NCBI RefSeq assembly: GCF_004010195.1
Contig: NC_057718.1
Location: 98,430,518 to 98,494,517 of the forward strand
Reading direction: 5' to 3'
Length of the DNA stretch: 64,000 nt
Source of the DNA: Chiloscyllium plagiosum
Taxonomy: Eukaryota
Every line of letters starts with the position of its first letter. Position 1 is the first letter of the stretch. The position numbers and the translations under genes are program-made. The notes below the pieces were generated by a model. The model was not told the DNA's origin. It made no database searches and worked only from the letters and a program-made list of their open reading frames with translations. Below are positions 61,368 to 64,000 of the stretch, in pieces.

Positions 61368-64000
61368 ACTGGAAAATCCTATTAGGCCTGCACCAATGAG
61401 AGAACAAGACACAGTGAACAGTTTGCCAATCTTAACAACATGATAAAAGGGGGAAAACAAAAGTCACCTGTATCGCTGCAAGAAAAATACAAGAATCATC
61501 GGCAGGGAGGGTTTTATTAAGAATAGACTAAATTCTATAATGGTTCTATCTAAACTTACATAATTCTCTAGCCTCATTTTCAAACCCTGAATCCAAACTT
61601 ACAAAATGCACAAATTACAAAATACACAGACAAAATGTGCATTGTGAAACTAAAGCTCATTCCCTTTAACAGGTTGGTGAAGAGATTTTAACTGAGGCAA
61701 CTTTAAATAAATGATTTTAAGAAACGAATGCTACTTTGATAAACTTCATACTACCTTTTTCCTCTCCAACTTCAAAATTTCTATGCACCATTAATGTTAA
61801 TTGCTTGAGAACTTGGGTGCAGATGATGAATCACATCTGAAGTGTCCTTGAAATTACATTAATTAAATTCCAATTCAAATTAGCACTAAAAGGATCACAA
61901 ATGTGAAATCTTGCAAGAACCAACACAATAGGACAATGATATACAGTGTAATGTGATACAATTTTGCTTTATATTAAGACGTATCCTTTTAAAACTTTAA
62001 GAGTGTTAACCTAGCAAAGTTTTATTTCTCCTGCTGGAAACTGCGTTAATCAAAAAACACATTTTGACTAAAAGTGCCCAGCCTGTGCCTGGGAGTAACC
62101 AAATTTAAAACTACTGAAAATGTCTTACTGCTAACTATGCTATACCATTCAATTGTTTTAAGAATATACAATGGTCAGTTTTTAAAAAGTAAATATTGAA
62201 AATTTATATTGAAATTTTTTTTAAAAAATCCTTTATTCAGACCTATGCACCTAAGAAAATCATGTCAATTTGAGGAACCTTCCTGAATTCATGCTGATTT
62301 TTTAAAAAATGCTCTAAAGAGGGAGAAGGAAAAGATAACAAATTAATAATGAGGCAAGCAAGTCTCAACAACTTGAAAGTCTAGTTGAAAAGATATGGTT
62401 TGAGTCATTTTTATTCAAAGTGTGACGAAATAATTCAGCAGTATGGCAGGAGATTTCCAAAGATTACAGATAGAAACCTTGTCAGACATATTAGGACAAC
62501 TGAAATATGCAGTGAGGTTTAGCAGGAGATGGACTCAAGACTGCAAGAGGGAGCAAGAGTTGTGGAGGTTGCAGAAACAAAGTGTGACAACTAATTAAAA
62601 GTTTAGTGGAAGAATGTTCAATTCAATGCATTGAAGCTAACATAGGGCAGGGAAGAAAGGAATTACTTGAATTAGTTGGGAGCTCAAAGAAGACTGAGGA
62701 CAAGAGTCTGGACTTGTGGCAAATAGTGCCTAGGGGATGTTTTTTTTAAAAAATAAGAGTTTTACCAGCAGTTGGAGGTAAATTTGGGTGAGGGTGTTCA
62801 TTAAGGAGGTGACGTTAGATGTAGGCAATGTTGTACAGGTGGATATAATTGGCCTTGGATAAAACAAGTGCTAACTCATGACTTCAGTCAAGCTGAATAC
62901 CCAAGTGTCATTATCTGATTCATACTCAGCAAGTGGGCAGACAAGGGCTGGGATAAATGTTAAGAGTGTTTATGTTGATGGCTGAAAACAATAGAGTCAG
63001 TTTTCCTAATGTCTAGTTGCAGAATATTTTTGACTCATCTATATCTTAATGCCAGACAGACATGTAGAGTTGAGAAGTGAAAATAAAGCAATGTGCTATC
63101 AACATAAAATATAGAATCTGACCCCATAAAAAAGAAACATAAAAACCTTAAAACAGAAGTCAAATAGAATTAACTAATAAAGAATCATTTGTATTTTGTG
63201 CATACAGTTCCTAAAAAGTCTACAGACTTGTGATCTTGTTCAGAACTTCTTTATATAAAATAAATTGCAATTTCGAAAGGAAAAGGAGGGCTTGGCACTT
63301 ACATATCATTTTTTATGTCCCAAAGCCAATACAGTACATTTGAAATGTCACTACTCCTGTATTTTAGGAATATAATTATCTTTTCCCATATACACTGAAA
63401 GCAAACAATGCAGCTTAAATGCACTGTACAGACAGACCATTCACACTTAGCAATTCCAACACAGCTCATCAACTTCTATTTATCCACGGTAAAAATAAAT
63501 CCAAAGAATTTATTAAGAAAAAGTAATGTTCCAGTCAGTCAGTCCTCCCCTCATGATAATCAATTAGTCATATGCAGTAAATAAAGGATATTTTCGATGC
63601 TCAAATTTTTAAATTGTAAAAACTTATATTTATAACGAACAAAATGTTTTTTTTCTGGAGATGACTGTGGGAGGCAATTGTTTTTCAAAAGTGCTCCCAA
63701 TATGTTTCATAATCTGTGATTCTGTCTCAAGCCTACAAAGTCCTTTTTGTTATCCTCTCAGATCCTAGCAACAGACTCTAATGCTCAAAGAGAGCTGAAT
63801 GCCCCATGGTACGGCAAACAAAATCAATGTTTCAGGATACTACAATGTGGATTCTTTTCAATTCTGAACAGAGAACCAATCAGATCAGCCTGTACTTTGC
63901 TGTGAAGATTTTAATACAAAACTCAGTATGTTAGGATGTCTATAATGATCAACATATCGAAAACCTGTTTCTTTAGCTCAAGCTTAACATTAAATTTATC

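Noticed and set aside
61368..61460. 31-aa N-terminal extension of PAK5 (MFSPFYH...)
   Set aside because: It starts at a TTG, spans likely intron/acceptor sequence, and homology begins at MFGKKKK.

Overview
Eukaryotic (vertebrate) genomic DNA, AT-rich, with a repeat landscape typical of a shark (HE1-type V-SINEs, CR1/HER1-type LINEs, Penelope-like elements, Deu-domain SINEs). The taxon is inferred, not proven. Most of the window is the 5' coding half of PAK5 (PAK7, group II p21-activated kinase) on the minus strand. Three phase-0 coding exons are visible: 61164-61367 (CRIB/pseudosubstrate), 19664-20470 (Ser/Pro-rich linker) and 770-1234 (linker and start of the kinase domain). They are separated by introns of about 40.7 kb and 18.4 kb, and the gene continues beyond position 1. 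The introns are filled with decayed mobile elements, and there is one assembly gap (54449-55427). The most interesting non-obvious signal is a set of minimal hammerhead-ribozyme cores (CUGANGA-stemII-GAAA with a palindromic stem III) in at least three distinct Penelope-derived terminal repeat types. Several lie in head-to-head palindromes with target-site duplications. There is also a three-level SINE<LINE<solo-LTR nest, a Gypsy pol relic and a probable Harbinger Myb/SANT relic. I found no convincing wholly new biological system: PLE hammerheads are a known class, although these particular shark families may be uncharacterised.
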